Of a stretch of 64,000 nt of DNA, positions 1-11,178 are shown piece after piece. Position 1 is the first letter of the stretch. Each line of letters starts with the position of its first letter. The translations under genes and the position numbers were made by a program. The stretch spans positions 7,378,001 to 7,442,000 of the forward strand of contig OZ024763.1 in assembly GCA_964016885.1 (NCBI GenBank). The letters are read 5' to 3'. Below the pieces are notes generated by a model. That model was not told the DNA's origin, searched no databases, and saw nothing but the letters and a program-made list of their open reading frames with translations. Source of the stretch: Eledone cirrhosa. Lineage: Eukaryota.

Positions 1-60
1 TCTTAATGAAAAAATTCAAAAATTTTTCATTTTATCTCTAGTAAAATGAAAAACGTTAGT

Positions 61-138
61 GTAGTTCCTGGCCGAGATTGAACCAGAGACTAGGATCTTC
101 ACCTTCTCTAACACATACCATTAGCCCACAGAGACTGC
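61..138 (-). ncRNA. Two-hairpin tRNA-like putative Pol III small RNA gene (degenerate copy)
   Basis: Minus strand gcagtctctgtgggctaatggta...ggttcaatctcggccaggaactac; TATAAA at -31 (plus-strand tttata 164-169); T5 shortly downstream. Confidence 0.45.
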
Positions 139-559
139 CACAAAAGTACTATGAAAATTTATATTTATAAAGCTACTTTTCTATATCCAAGCAAACTTGA
201 TGTGGTGGCCTTCATGTCTTTTTCTATGTTATTCGCACTACCAACGATGGAGCTTTCAGAAACCCACCTTGTATTTCCAAGCATAATAGATGTTGTGGCA
301 TTCATGCCCTTCTCAGCATTATCAATACTTCGAAAGGGTCGACATTGGATTTTTATTCTTCTGGCAATTTGAGAAAATATATCTTCACTTACTTTCTCTA
401 AGGTTCATTTCATCCTACAACCCGATAATCTGCAGTGGCCTTCTTCAACTGTCATACCTCACTATTAAATTTATTGATGTCCTTCGTTAAAAATAACCTA
501 CTGTAATTCTTGCTAGAGATTCAACCCTATCACTTTATCTCACTGCTTATTCAGGGACC

Positions 560-1712
560 AAGGTCCTCAATCTCAGAGAATATTGATAAGGAGAGCAGAT
601 TGTATCCTTATTTGGTCCGTCTTTCCAGTTAACACGGTATATAAATGGTACTTTGTTGGGATTTAATACTAAACACGTGACGTTCACCGTTGTCAGCTAA
701 ACACACTGCCAGTTTGCTATCTGCAGCGGTGAAAGAAGGTCGTGTTATTTCTACATCTCACATACATTGTTTTATTCATTAGATAACAATATAGAAGATA
801 AAGAATGAATGTGAGAATGTCAGTCTTTTAAAAGTACAATTTATGATATTAAAGCAAAATCTTGAATTAACGATAGTTTGTGAAACTAAAGTTAAAATGG
901 ACGAAGCAACAATTGTATGACAAATTGTTTATTGATAAGAAGGAGAAATGATTGCATCTTCAACGGCAATACAATCTATTGAAAATCGAACACTTACAGA
1001 GACCTCATACAGGATTTTTCGGAATACATTTTGAAGAAGAGTTAAAAATAGGGAGATACATATACATGGCTAGTATATACTTTAATTATCATATTTGTAT
1101 CTTGAACGTATAAGACGCCAGCAAGTTTTAACATCGAATACTGATGTAAAATTGTGTTTTTTTGTTTCACCCACCCCCAACAAATGTGGAATATGTATCA
1201 ATTTGAATTTAAAGGTAGCTAACCATCTCACAGGAAAAGACCACAACACCAAGTCGGATTATAGGAATGATGAAATATTACTTTACCTACCTAAATACAG
1301 AAATATTAAAACTCTAGATAAATGATCTGTGTGATACTACTTAGAATATTATTTGCAGGTCTGGTCACCCGACTTCCGAAAGGAGAGAGAAGCTATTGAA
1401 GGAATCCAGAGAAGAAAAAAGCATGAAATACCAGAATTCTTGAGAAGAAAGATGTAAAAAGCCAGGAATTACGACTTTGGAGGAGATAAAGCTAAGGGGA
1501 GACACGACAGAAATATTTAAGATAATGAAAGGATTTGAAATTACAGAAGAAAATGTAAGAAGAGGACACCATTATACTGTTTATAAGATACAATGTTCTA
1601 AAGACATCAGAAAATATATATTTCTCAAAGAGATATTAGTGAATGGAATAGTTTAAATGATGGAGTAGACGACACAACAGTAAATGATTATAAAAAGATA
1701 TGACAGATGAAG
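560..1712 (+). mobile_element. Decayed CR1/L2-clade LINE reverse transcriptase and C-terminus
   Basis: Frameshifted translation gives motifs in the expected order: FDK(ES), RLSS*HGINGTLLG, CSG-EGRV (~SGVPQGSV), LEYYLQVWSPDFRKE-EAIEGIQRR, TLEEIKLRGDTTEIFKIMKG, RGHHYTVYK, DIRKYIFSQR-ISEWNSL. Confidence 0.8.
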
Positions 1713-2089
1713 AACGAAATATTTGTGATGCTGAGTAAAAGTGAGCAGAAAGCATTGTAGTGAATTTGATCATGCTATGGCAATAAGAAAAGAACTCAGT
1801 AAATCTCGCAATACTTCAAAATATATCAACTAACTTAGAATTGTATCAACTGGCTTGGACATAACTACAGTTTAGTCGTCACTCCATGTTAACGGTGAAT
1901 CTAATTTCATGAAAATATACAGAGATCTGTCTTCCATCCTTGGTGTGTATATAAATGTATGGAAATAGGAAAATCTGCTTCGTAGAATCAAGACGTATCT
2001 GAGGACCTTACGATTTTCAGTCAGGTTCGATCATCAAACGAGCTTCTTATACCCCTCACAGAAGAATTGTGAATATGTATGAATATGAA

Positions 2090-2620
2090 TTGAAAGATGA
2101 CTAACCATGTTGAAGCAAAACAGGGAGACGGATAATAGAAATAATAAAACATTCTTTTTCCTAGTTAAATGCTGAAATATCTAAAACTCTAGATGAATAT
2201 GTGTGATACCACTGAGAATATTGTTTTGGGCCATGGTCAACTGACCTCCGAAGAAACGGTGAGGCTCTTGAAGCAACCCAGAGAGGAGAAAACAGAAGAC
2301 ACTAGAATTATTTAGGGATCTGTCTTGTGAAGGAAGATGAGAAACTTTTGTAAATTTAGAGGCGATAAATCTTAGGGGAGACAAGACAAAAATATAAAGA
2401 CTATTTAAATATTAGTACACTATTCCATATAAATACCAAGACTTGAAACTATCAACATTAGTTCACTATACCAAGGACAAACACATAGAATTACAACTTT
2501 GGAGGAGATTAATCAAACGAGTGACGTGATAGAAATATTTAAAATAATGAAAGTACTTCAAAATACAGAATTGGGGAAGAAAATGTAAATATAAGAAGAG
2601 ATGACCATTGTACTATGTAT
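2090..2620 (+). mobile_element. Decayed CR1/L2-clade RT 3' fragment (paralog)
   Basis: Homologous to 1215-1580 (ctaaccatg, actttggaggagat, aggggagaca, gaaatatttaa motifs). Confidence 0.65.
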
Positions 2621-2693
2621 AACATAACAATGCTCCTTACATTTATCCCAGGTATATAGAGGGATATTCCGATGTCCACTGTTTGTAAAATAA

Positions 2694-2747
2694 TTGTTTC
2701 TACTTTAGGCACAAGGCCAGCAATTACCCAGTGCATTACTGGTACTT
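2694..2747 (-). mobile_element. 5'-truncated SINE tail with 12-bp target-site duplication
   Basis: Matches the 3' end of the SINE at 9875/11649; flanked by tttgtaaaataa at 2682-2693 and 2748-2759; empty site in the paralog near 25086. Confidence 0.8.
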
Positions 2748-3499
2748 TTTGTAAAATAAAGCAATAAGGAAACAACATCATCCAGTAAACCTTAGTAATA
2801 CTCCAATAACGTCTCGGCCGCCATTTACAGTAGAAAATAGTAAGAAAATTAAGTCACACTCAGCAGTTAATGCAGTGAAAACAAACAATAAAAATATTAT
2901 TACTAAATAATTATAATTTCTTACTTTCAATAATTTTTTTTCTTTATTAAACACGTAATTTATTTTAAATTTGTCGTATTATATATATATACTGTTTGTG
3001 TGTTTTTGTTTGGCAAATGTCAAGTGATTGACGGGGTGAAGCCGATCGATTAGATTGAACCCATAAAATGACTGGTACTCTATTTTTCTTCTCTAAAGTT
3101 ATAAAATTGTAAATTAATATCGACAGGATTTTCACCTAGAACACAAAGGTGGTGTAATATCATTTAAAAAATTGGAAATTGAGTTATAAATATAAATGTG
3201 TGTTCAGGGCTTAGATGTTCAGTGTGTAACAGGGTTATTGGTATTAAGTAACATAAAATGTCGTTAGGAGTTCAATATTTAGCTGGGGATATAGAATTTC
3301 TTTAAATTATTTCTTGTACCAGTAGCGAACTGGGATCGAAACCATTATGTTGTTCGGACGAAAGAAATATATAAGCTTAGCGCAATCTAGTTTGAGTTAC
3401 GGGACATTACTGCAAAGCACATAACTGTAGGTTCCAATCTCACATTGGTAAATATATAAAAGTGACATTTAACAATTTATTTGTAAGTCGCAACAGGAT

Positions 3500-3575
3500 T
3501 TAGGTATGGCAGATTTGAAATTAGTGAACATTATTGCAGACGAAGTAATTGTAGGTTCAAATCAATACTAGGGCG
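3500..3575 (+). pseudogene. Highly degenerate tRNA-like module (tRNA-Cys-like)
   Basis: gaacattattgcagacgaagtaattgtaggttcaaatc resembles tRNA-Cys GAGCATTTGACTGCAGATCAAGAGGTC...GGTTCAAATC; related modules near 3375-3448, 7180-7225, 25740-25815, 27808-27860, 32268-32340 and 36828-36880. Confidence 0.3.
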
Positions 3576-3662
3576 TTAAGAAATAAAATGAATATTTACT
3601 TCATGAAAGAGCCTGAATTATGAAAGACAAAGTCGACCCTTTCTAATCACAGCAACACTAAG

Positions 3663-3730
3663 AAAGGCATGAACGCCACCACTTCAATTAATCTTCCAAA
3701 ATCAAAAGTATGTTTATAAATATTAATTTT
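3663..3730 (+). promoter_or_regulatory. Conserved upstream motif (PSE-like) plus TATA box of the tRNA-like gene family
   Basis: catgaa(c/t/g)gccac(c/t/g)ac(a/t)tcaa at about -78 to -58 and tttataaatattaatttt with TATAAA at -31; recurs upstream of copies on both strands (e.g. 7270-7330, minus 164-216, 4070-4125, 7742-7792). Confidence 0.5.
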
Positions 3731-3745
3731 TAATATTATTTTGAA

Positions 3746-3822
3746 GCTGTCTTTGTAGCCTAGTGGGAGGTATGAGAGACGGTGGAGATCCTGGTCTGGG
3801 TTTCGATCTTGGCCACGATCTA
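3746..3822 (+). ncRNA. Two-hairpin tRNA-like putative Pol III small RNA gene
   Basis: A box tagcctagtgg at +11, B-box-like gtttcgatc at +55, TATAAA 3715-3720, stems gctgtctt/gagacggt and agatc-tggtc/ggcca-gatct, T4 and T7 runs 16-30 nt downstream. Confidence 0.55.
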
Positions 3823-3969
3823 TATAAAATAAGGGGGTTTTACTAATTTTTTTCAGCTTTTTTCAATGCAAACGTAAAAAAATCTATGGTAAAATGAAAA
3901 AAAATTTTTATCTACTTTTTTACATTTTTAAAAAGCTGAAAAAAATTAGTAAAACCCCCTTATTTTATA

Positions 3970-4046
3970 TAGATCCTGGCTAAGGTTGAACCCCAAACCT
4001 CGATCTTCACCGTCTCTAACACCTACCAATAGGCCAACGAGACGGA
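3970..4046 (-). ncRNA. Two-hairpin tRNA-like putative Pol III small RNA gene (convergent partner of 3746-3822)
   Basis: Minus strand ccgtctcgttggcctattggtaggtgttagagacgg...ggggttcaaccttagccaggatcta; TTTATATA near -31. Confidence 0.55.
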
Positions 4047-4599
4047 TATAAAAATATACTGAAAATTAATATATATAAACCTACTTTCTATTTTCGAAGC
4101 TTAATTGACGTGGTGGTGTTCATGGCTTTCTCAGTCTTTTTAATACCACAAACAAGTCGCCATGGTTTTTACTTTTCTCGAGTTTTCAGAAAATATATCA
4201 TGACTTTAAATTCTTATCACTAGGTTTATTTCATCCAACGACCAGCTGATATCCAGTGATGTCCTTCAGCTGTCATACCTTAGTGAGTAGATGGTGGCCT
4301 GGAAATATTGTTTCTAAACAGGCAGCTCTTTAAACTTGTGTTGTGTGTGCAATAATGGTATCAGCAACCGGTGAGGGGATCAGATTCAAGAACTCAACGT
4401 CAAGTGTATCGTTCCAAACGCGATACGGTAATATATGTTCTTTTTATCAGCTTCGTCTTTTATTTATAAACGTTTGTGTAAATACGTGTACGAATGTGTA
4501 CCTGTGTAAGCTTGTGTGTACATTTATAATAATGTTGTCCCCCCCCTCACTTTATTATTACAACTACTACTATTAATAACTGTAACACTATTATTATTA

Positions 4600-5400
4600 T
4601 TATTTTCACACGTCTCTTATCCTCAACACTTGCTATAGTTTTCCTCTTACATGTGAGATACACGATTTATTTACTAATCAACATTTACTCGAAGATGTAG
4701 TGATGTGTGACGGGACATCGAGCGTAATCCTTAGTGTTAACTTGAGGACACCGTACACCTGTGCACCCGTATATATATATATATGTTTATCCCGGGTTCA
4801 ATCGGCGGTAACCACAGTAAGTAAGGTACTCATTACATAGCAGATTATAAATACTTAATAAATAATATTTAATATAGAAATGGCTTCTACAGGACTAGAA
4901 CTGTTTCATTCGGAAAAAATCATCAGGAAAGCCCTTGATTTCTTCCGAATGAAACCGTTCTAGTCCTGCAGGAGCCACCCCCCACACACACACACATGTA
5001 TATGTGTGTATGTATGTATGTATATAAATATATATTTGTGTATTCATAAGCCCAAGTGTCTATGATGATAAGGACACCTATCTTTGTATATTTATATGTG
5101 GGTGTCTATTTCCACATGGCATCTCTGGTCCTCGATGTTGTCGCCGCCTGCTTTACGTAGCATCTTAACTATCTAATATTTATTCAGAGAGGTTCCCCCT
5201 TCATATCGCAAATATTCCTTTCTGACTCACTGAAAACTTGTCTTCCATCATCGAGTAAAAGTGATCTACATAAAGGATCTGTCTGATGTTGCTATGTATG
5301 TAGGGATGTATAGCTTGCGAGGGAGTCTTGGTGATCCCACGTTGATATTCGGGATGTCTTGGGTATTCTTTAAAAGCTGACTGATCCCATCTCTACCCTA
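4600..5400 (-). mobile_element. Probable decayed Penelope-like element ORF remnant (RT-endonuclease linker, start of GIY-YIG)
   Basis: Broken minus-strand translation YIHSNIRQIL ... MPCGNR ... CPY ... (Y)ITCKR in the order seen in Penelope ORFs; paralogs near 10250-10790, 26090-26450, 34850-35090, 40505-41050 and 58450-58820. Confidence 0.4.
4791..4976 (-). mobile_element. Short foldback element with hammerhead-like motif (Penelope pLTR-like)
   Basis: ~41-bp inverted arms 4882-4922 and 4936-4976; minus strand CTGATGA-ttttttccgaat-GAAAC-agttcta-GTC; absent from the paralogous site near 10415. Confidence 0.6.
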
Positions 5401-5909
5401 GATCTGATCACAGGAGATATTTACCAGAGAAGGAGAGAAAGTAGGAGAAAGGAAGTAAGAAAGAGATATAGAAGAAGAATCGAATCCAGTACTACACTGG
5501 TACTTCGTTTTATCTACCTCGAATGGTGCTATAGTGGAACATTAACTTTGATGTACCTATATAAGTCATACCTTTTCTATACGTCTGTGTATGTACAGGT
5601 GTGTGTATGTAAGTGTACGTGGCGTTGCAAGTTCGGTTTTCATAAGTATCTCTGTGAAATTTTAACAAGAGCAAGCATGTGTCCCGATGGTTAGTCAGTC
5701 GTTTTTAAGCTGGTATATGGTATGTGTTTTTAATATGTATATATATTTACATAGAAGTGAGTAAATATTAATGTATGTGTATGTATATACATATATAGAC
5801 AGTCGATCGACCTTCGTCAGATCGGACCGACGAAACAATGTTTCCACTGGTCTTTCCAATTGCTAATACTATCTATCGGTCGAAACTCCAGGTGGAAATA
5901 AATAAATTA

Positions 5910-5963
<54 letters not shown>

Positions 5964-6294
5964 TAAGATATATATATATATATATTTATTAAGATATATA
6001 TATATATATATATATATTAAAATATATATATAATAAAATAAGGACGAATGGGTACACATTCATTACGTTTATTGATTCGTGGCGCGCGTTTCGCTATTCA
6101 TCAACTTAAGGTTCGTTCTGTATCGATCTAGCCCGACCCTGTAATCAATAACTTGTATATATATGTGTGTATGTATATATGAAATCGCCCATGGGACACC
6201 CTGGTGTAATCTAAATACACAGAGTGTGCGGTTAGCTGTTTTTAAATGATTACCCCTCCTCATATTCCCTTTTTTATATACTGTATTGTAATAC

Positions 6295-6994
6295 ATGGCA
6301 ACCTTAATACTTAATAATATCGAGATGAAAATATAAATGTTAATACAGTATTCCAGAAGTAAAATAGAGATCTAATGAGAGGAGGTGAGTATTATAACTT
6401 TTATAAGAAATAAAGATCTAAAGACGAGTGAAAACTTTCATCAACGAAATCGTAATGTACACCAAGGAAAATATATGTCTACAGAATACAGATTAGTAAA
6501 ATAAAGTTAGAGCAAATAAATGAGAGGTCACTTAACTTTACATATTTAGTTTTATTTATATCGTGAAAAATGTTGATCTTCAGATATTAAATTGTGGATG
6601 TGATTGTCTTTGTCTTTACGTGTTTGTTGGAAATATTTTTTTAATGTTTGTCTTTCTTTAAACATTGTCTTTTTTTTAAAATTAATTTTAGATTATTCGT
6701 ACCTCATCTCTGTGGTCTCTTTTGATGGAGTCTACCTGTGCTGTTTATTGGTTTTATTTTAAAAGTAATCCATTGGAACATCAGATATTAAATGAAATGT
6801 TACGTAAAAGACACACCATATGTTTATTCCAGGTATTTAGAGAGATGTCCACTGACAACAAAATAAGGAAATGCCATCATCCAGTAAAACTTGGTAATAA
6901 TCCAGTCTCGTCACACTCACCGTTTACAGTAAACAATGGTAAGAACAAACAAAAACAAGAGAACTATTCAGCAGTTAATGAAGTGAATACATAA
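6295..6994 (+). pseudogene. Degenerate LRR-protein-like coding remnant
   Basis: Frameshifted segments SIPEVK-IDL, LQILNCGCDCL and KCHHPVKLGNNPVSS resemble LRR and LRR C-terminal cap motifs; paralogs at 27010-27637, 30846-31655, 35950-36642 and 59390-60017. Confidence 0.35.
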
Positions 6995-7345
6995 AATAAA
7001 AAAAAAACATTCCTGAATAAAATAAATTCTTTACTTTCATTAAATTGTTTCTTTACTTTCTTTTATAAAACACACTTATTAATATAAATTAAGCACAGCA
7101 TCGTAGGTTCAAATCTTACTTGCATGTATATATAGAAAGCACGTTTAACAATTTACGGGTACGACGAACTAAGCTGGAATGATGTATGACATTATTGCAG
7201 ACGGAGTTGTTGTAGGTTCAAATAAAGTCTAGATTTACTTTATGAATTCAAGGACGTCCCGAAAAAGCCATGAATGCCACTACATCGAGTTTTCAACCGA
7301 ACAAAATGTAGTTTTATAAATATTAATTTTCACTATGATTTCATA

Positions 7346-7422
7346 ACCGTCTCAGTGGTCTAGTGGTAGACATTAGAGACAGTGGTGATATTGATTAGGG
7401 GTTCGATCTCTGTCAGGTGTAC
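7346..7422 (+). ncRNA. Two-hairpin tRNA-like putative Pol III small RNA gene
   Basis: TATAAA 7315-7320 (-31); tggtctagtgg A box; ggttcgatc B box; stems gtctc/gagac, gtcta/tagac, tgat-agggg/tctct-gtca. Confidence 0.55.
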
Positions 7423-7506
7423 ATGAAAACCTTGTACAGAAATTCTGTTTTTATAAAAAATTGAAAAAGTAGGTTTATAAATATTAATTTTCAGTAAGTT
7501 TTTATA

Positions 7507-7583
7507 ACCATCTCCGTAGACTAGTGGTAAGTATTAGAGGTGATGGAGGTGCTGGTCTGGGGTTCGATCTCAGTCTGATTCCT
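7507..7583 (+). ncRNA. Two-hairpin tRNA-like putative Pol III small RNA gene (tandem copy)
   Basis: TATAAA 7476-7481 (-31); tagactagtgg; ggttcgatc; T5 about 12 nt downstream. Confidence 0.5.
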
Positions 7584-7639
7584 GCAACCTCTATTTTTCG
7601 TTCATTTTATGAAAAATTTAAAAAATTTAAATTTCTCGA

Positions 7640-7716
7640 GAGATTCTTGACTGAGATTGAACCCCAGACCAGCATCACCACTGTCCCAACACCTACCACT
7701 AGGCTACCGAGACAAC
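7640..7716 (-). ncRNA. Two-hairpin tRNA-like putative Pol III small RNA gene (convergent partner)
   Basis: Minus strand gttgtctcggtagcctagtggtaggtgttgggacagt forms a long hairpin; ggttcaatc B box; TATAAA at -31 (7742-7747). Confidence 0.55.
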
Positions 7717-8259
7717 TACAAAATTACTATCAAAATTAAAATTTATAAACCTACTTTCTATTTAAAAGAAAAATTGATGTAGTGGCCTTCATGGCTTTCC
7801 CAATGATATTAATTCAAAATGGTTCACTTTCATTTTTATTCTTCGCGCGCTTCCGTAAAATATACCTTATCATTTCTCTAGGGTTGATTTCATCCTACAA
7901 CCTGATGATCTGCAGGGACATTCATCAATGGTCATACCTGATTATATATATATATGTGTGTGTGTGTGTGTTATATTTGATCCTGCTATGTTGTGCTCAG
8001 CAATAATGGTTTTCAATTCCGTCTTCCCTCCATCCTTGGTGTGTATATAAATCTATATATGTGATTTCAACGTACAACGACAATATATACATCATTTTTG
8101 TTTGATAAAACTAATTCTACAACCCCTGATAAACATTGAAACCACGACTATAAAATATAACAACAACCACGACATAACAGCTTTGGTTAAATATAATTTA
8201 ATTAAATTATTGCTAGAGATTGATCCCTAATATTTCTTCTCACTCCTTAACCAGAGAGA

Positions 8260-9400
8260 AAATGTCCTCGGACTCGGACAATATTGATAAGGAGAGAGTG
8301 TATCCATACTTGGCAAATCTTTCCAGTTCACATGGTATATAAAAGGCAGTAAGAGGTGACTTGTTATTCCTACGAACGACATTGTCAGTTAGCCTTCTAT
8401 AGCGAGGGAAGAAGGCTGTGTGTTTTTTCTCCTATCACATAACATACATTTGTCATTCATTAGATATCAATATACAAGAGAAAGAAAAAATTGAGAGCTT
8501 CACTCTTTTAAAAGTAACATTTATTACATTAGAATTAACGATAGTTTGTGACACTAAACATGGAAACACTGCGAACAATTTTGAGACAAGCTAATTACTA
8601 TGAGAAGGACAAATCTTCAACGCCTAGATATTTCTAAAGAAAACTGAAATGAGAAATTGATTGAAATGGAATAATTATTGAGACACCTTACAATATTTTT
8701 CGGGATATGTCTTACCTTATTTTGAAGAAATAAATGTTTCGGGAAAGAGTTAATAAGAAGCTATATATATATACATTGCTTATATATATATATATACTTT
8801 AATTATTATATTTGTACAACGAAGTTATAAAAAGGAAGTATGATTTGGTATCGAATGTGGAGCAAAAAACGAGCTTCTTGTACCCCTCACAGAAGAATTG
8901 TGAATATGTATGAATATGAATTGAAAGATGGCTAACCATGTTGAAGCAAAAGAGGGAGACGGATAATAGAAATAATAAAACATTCTGTTCCCTAGCTAAA
9001 TGCTGAAAAATCTAAAACTCTAGATGAATATGTATGATACCACTGAGAAAATTGTCAACCGACATCCGAAAAAACGGTGAGGCTCTTGAAGCAACCAAGA
9101 GAAGAAAAAACAGAAAACACTATAATTATTTAAGGATCTATCTTGTGAAAGAAATGTGAACTTTTGTAAATTTAGAGGAGATAAATCTTAGGGGAGCAGG
9201 ATAAAAATATAAAGACTATTTAAATATTAGTACACTATTCCATATAAATGTCAACACTTGAAAATATCAACATTAGTTCACTATACCAAGGACAAACACT
9301 TAGAATTACAACTTTGGAGGAGATTAATCAAACGAGTGACATGATAGAAATATTTAAAATAATGAAAGCACTTCAAAATACAGAATTGGGGAAGAAAATG
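8260..9400 (+). mobile_element. Decayed CR1/L2-clade RT (paralog); duplicate at about 38515-39655
   Basis: Homologous to 560-1100 and then 2037-2585. Confidence 0.65.
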
Positions 9401-9874
9401 AAAATTGATATATAAACCTACTTTCTATTTTCGAAGCTTAATTGACGTGGTGGCCTTCATACCTTTCTCAGTCTTATTAATACCGCAAAGGTGTCGACAT
9501 GTCTTTTACTATTCTGTAGTTTTCAGAAAATATATCATGATTTTATTTTTATCTCTTTAGGTTTGATTTGATGCTATAACCACCTGATGTCCTTCAACTG
9601 TCATACCTCAGTGTCTAGATGGTGGCCTGGCTTGATGGTTTCTAAACAGATAGCCCTTTAAACTTGTGTTGCGTATGCAATAATCGTATCAGCAAATGAT
9701 GATGGGACCATGTTGAAGCAACGTTATGTGCATCCTTCCAAATTCGATATGGTAAGCTATGTTCTTTTTATCAGCTTCGGCTTTTATTTATAAACGTTTA
9801 TGTACGTACGAGTCTAGATAAGCGTACGTATGTATACCTGTTTAAGCTTGTGTGTATATAAGTATTTATAATAA

Positions 9875-10158
9875 ATGTTTCTACGTTTGACACAAGGCCA
9901 GCAATTACCCAGTGCATTACTGGTACTTTATTTTATCGAGCCTGTAAGGATGAAAGGCAAAGTTAACCTCGGCGGGATTTGAACTCAGAATGGCAAGAGC
10001 CGTAACTCTATACGTCAAAGCATGACGTCCTACCTTCTACTGATACTGCCAATCCACCGCCCTCTAATCAACGCCTTTCATCCTTAAGGAGTCGATAAAA
10101 TAAAGTACCAGTAATGTACTGGGTAATTTGCTGGCCTTGTGCCTAAAGTAGAAACAAT
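9875..10158. mobile_element. Head-to-head pair of tRNA-derived SINEs (full minus copy 9875-10062, truncated plus copy 10072-10158) with 18-bp TSD; duplicate at about 40130-40415
   Basis: SINE body gagttcaaatcccgccgaggttaactttgcctttcatcc...gataaaataaagtaccagt; tataagtatttataataa at 9857-9874 and 10159-10176. Confidence 0.85.
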
Positions 10159-11127
10159 TATAAGTATTTATAATAATGTTGTCCTCCCCACTTTATTGTG
10201 ACAACTACTACTATTAATAATTTTAACAATATTTTTATTATTAATTCCACACGTCTCTTATCCTCAACACTTGCTATGGCTTTCCCTCTTACATGTGATA
10301 TATACTTACTATATATTTACTAATCAACATTTAATGGAAGGTGTAGAGATGTGTGACGGGACATCTGGCGGAATCCTTAGTGGCGACATGAGAACTCCGT
10401 ACATCTGTGCACCCGTATATATTTATATGTGTGTGTGTGTGTGTGTGTTCATAAGCCCAAATGTCTATGATTATAAGGTAACCCTATGTGTTATGTCCAT
10501 TTCCACATGGCATCTCTGGTCTTCGATGTTGTCGCCGCCTGCTTTACGTAGCATCTGAACTATCTAATATTTATTCAGAGAGGTTCTCCCGTCATATCGC
10601 AAATATTCCTTTCTGACTCACGGAATACTTGTCTAGCATTATCGAGTGAAAGATATAAAATATATCTCTGATGTTTCTATGTATGTATGTAGGGACCTAT
10701 AACTTGTGAGGGAGTTGTAGAGGTCCCACATTGACATTCGGGGTGTTCGGGGCATTTTGTATAAGGTGACAGATCCGATCTCTACCCCAGATAGGTTATG
10801 TTTTCCTGAGACGGATATAGAGTGAGAGAAAGGAATTAAGAAAGAGATATAGAAGAATTGACCCCAGTACTACACTGCTACTTCGTTCTAACTACCTCGA
10901 ATGGTTCAATATTGGAACAAAATCTTTGATGTACCTATATAAGTCATACCAGTTCTATTTGTGTGTTTATGTACATATCTGTTTCCGTCAGTGTACGTAG
11001 AGTAGCAAGTTCGGTTTTCACACGAGCAAGCATGTGTCCTGATGGTTTGTCAATCGTTATTATGCTGGTATATATGTGCTTTTAATATATATGTATGAGT
11101 ATTTGCATAGAAGTGTTTATGCATGTA

Positions 11128-11178
<51 letters not shown>

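Noticed and set aside
636-647. Conserved TATATAAA in paralogous units (also 8336 and 29457) as a Pol II promoter
   Set aside because: It falls inside the decayed CR1-like RT reading (GINGTLL motif), so conservation reflects shared ancestry.
3746-3822. Functional tRNA genes
   Set aside because: No anticodon stem and no clean 7-bp acceptor stem; reported as tRNA-like ncRNA candidates instead.
5800-5905. ctgacgaagg (minus) and gtcgaaactccaggtggaaataaa as hammerhead halves
   Set aside because: The core halves are on opposite strands or incomplete, so no foldable motif results.
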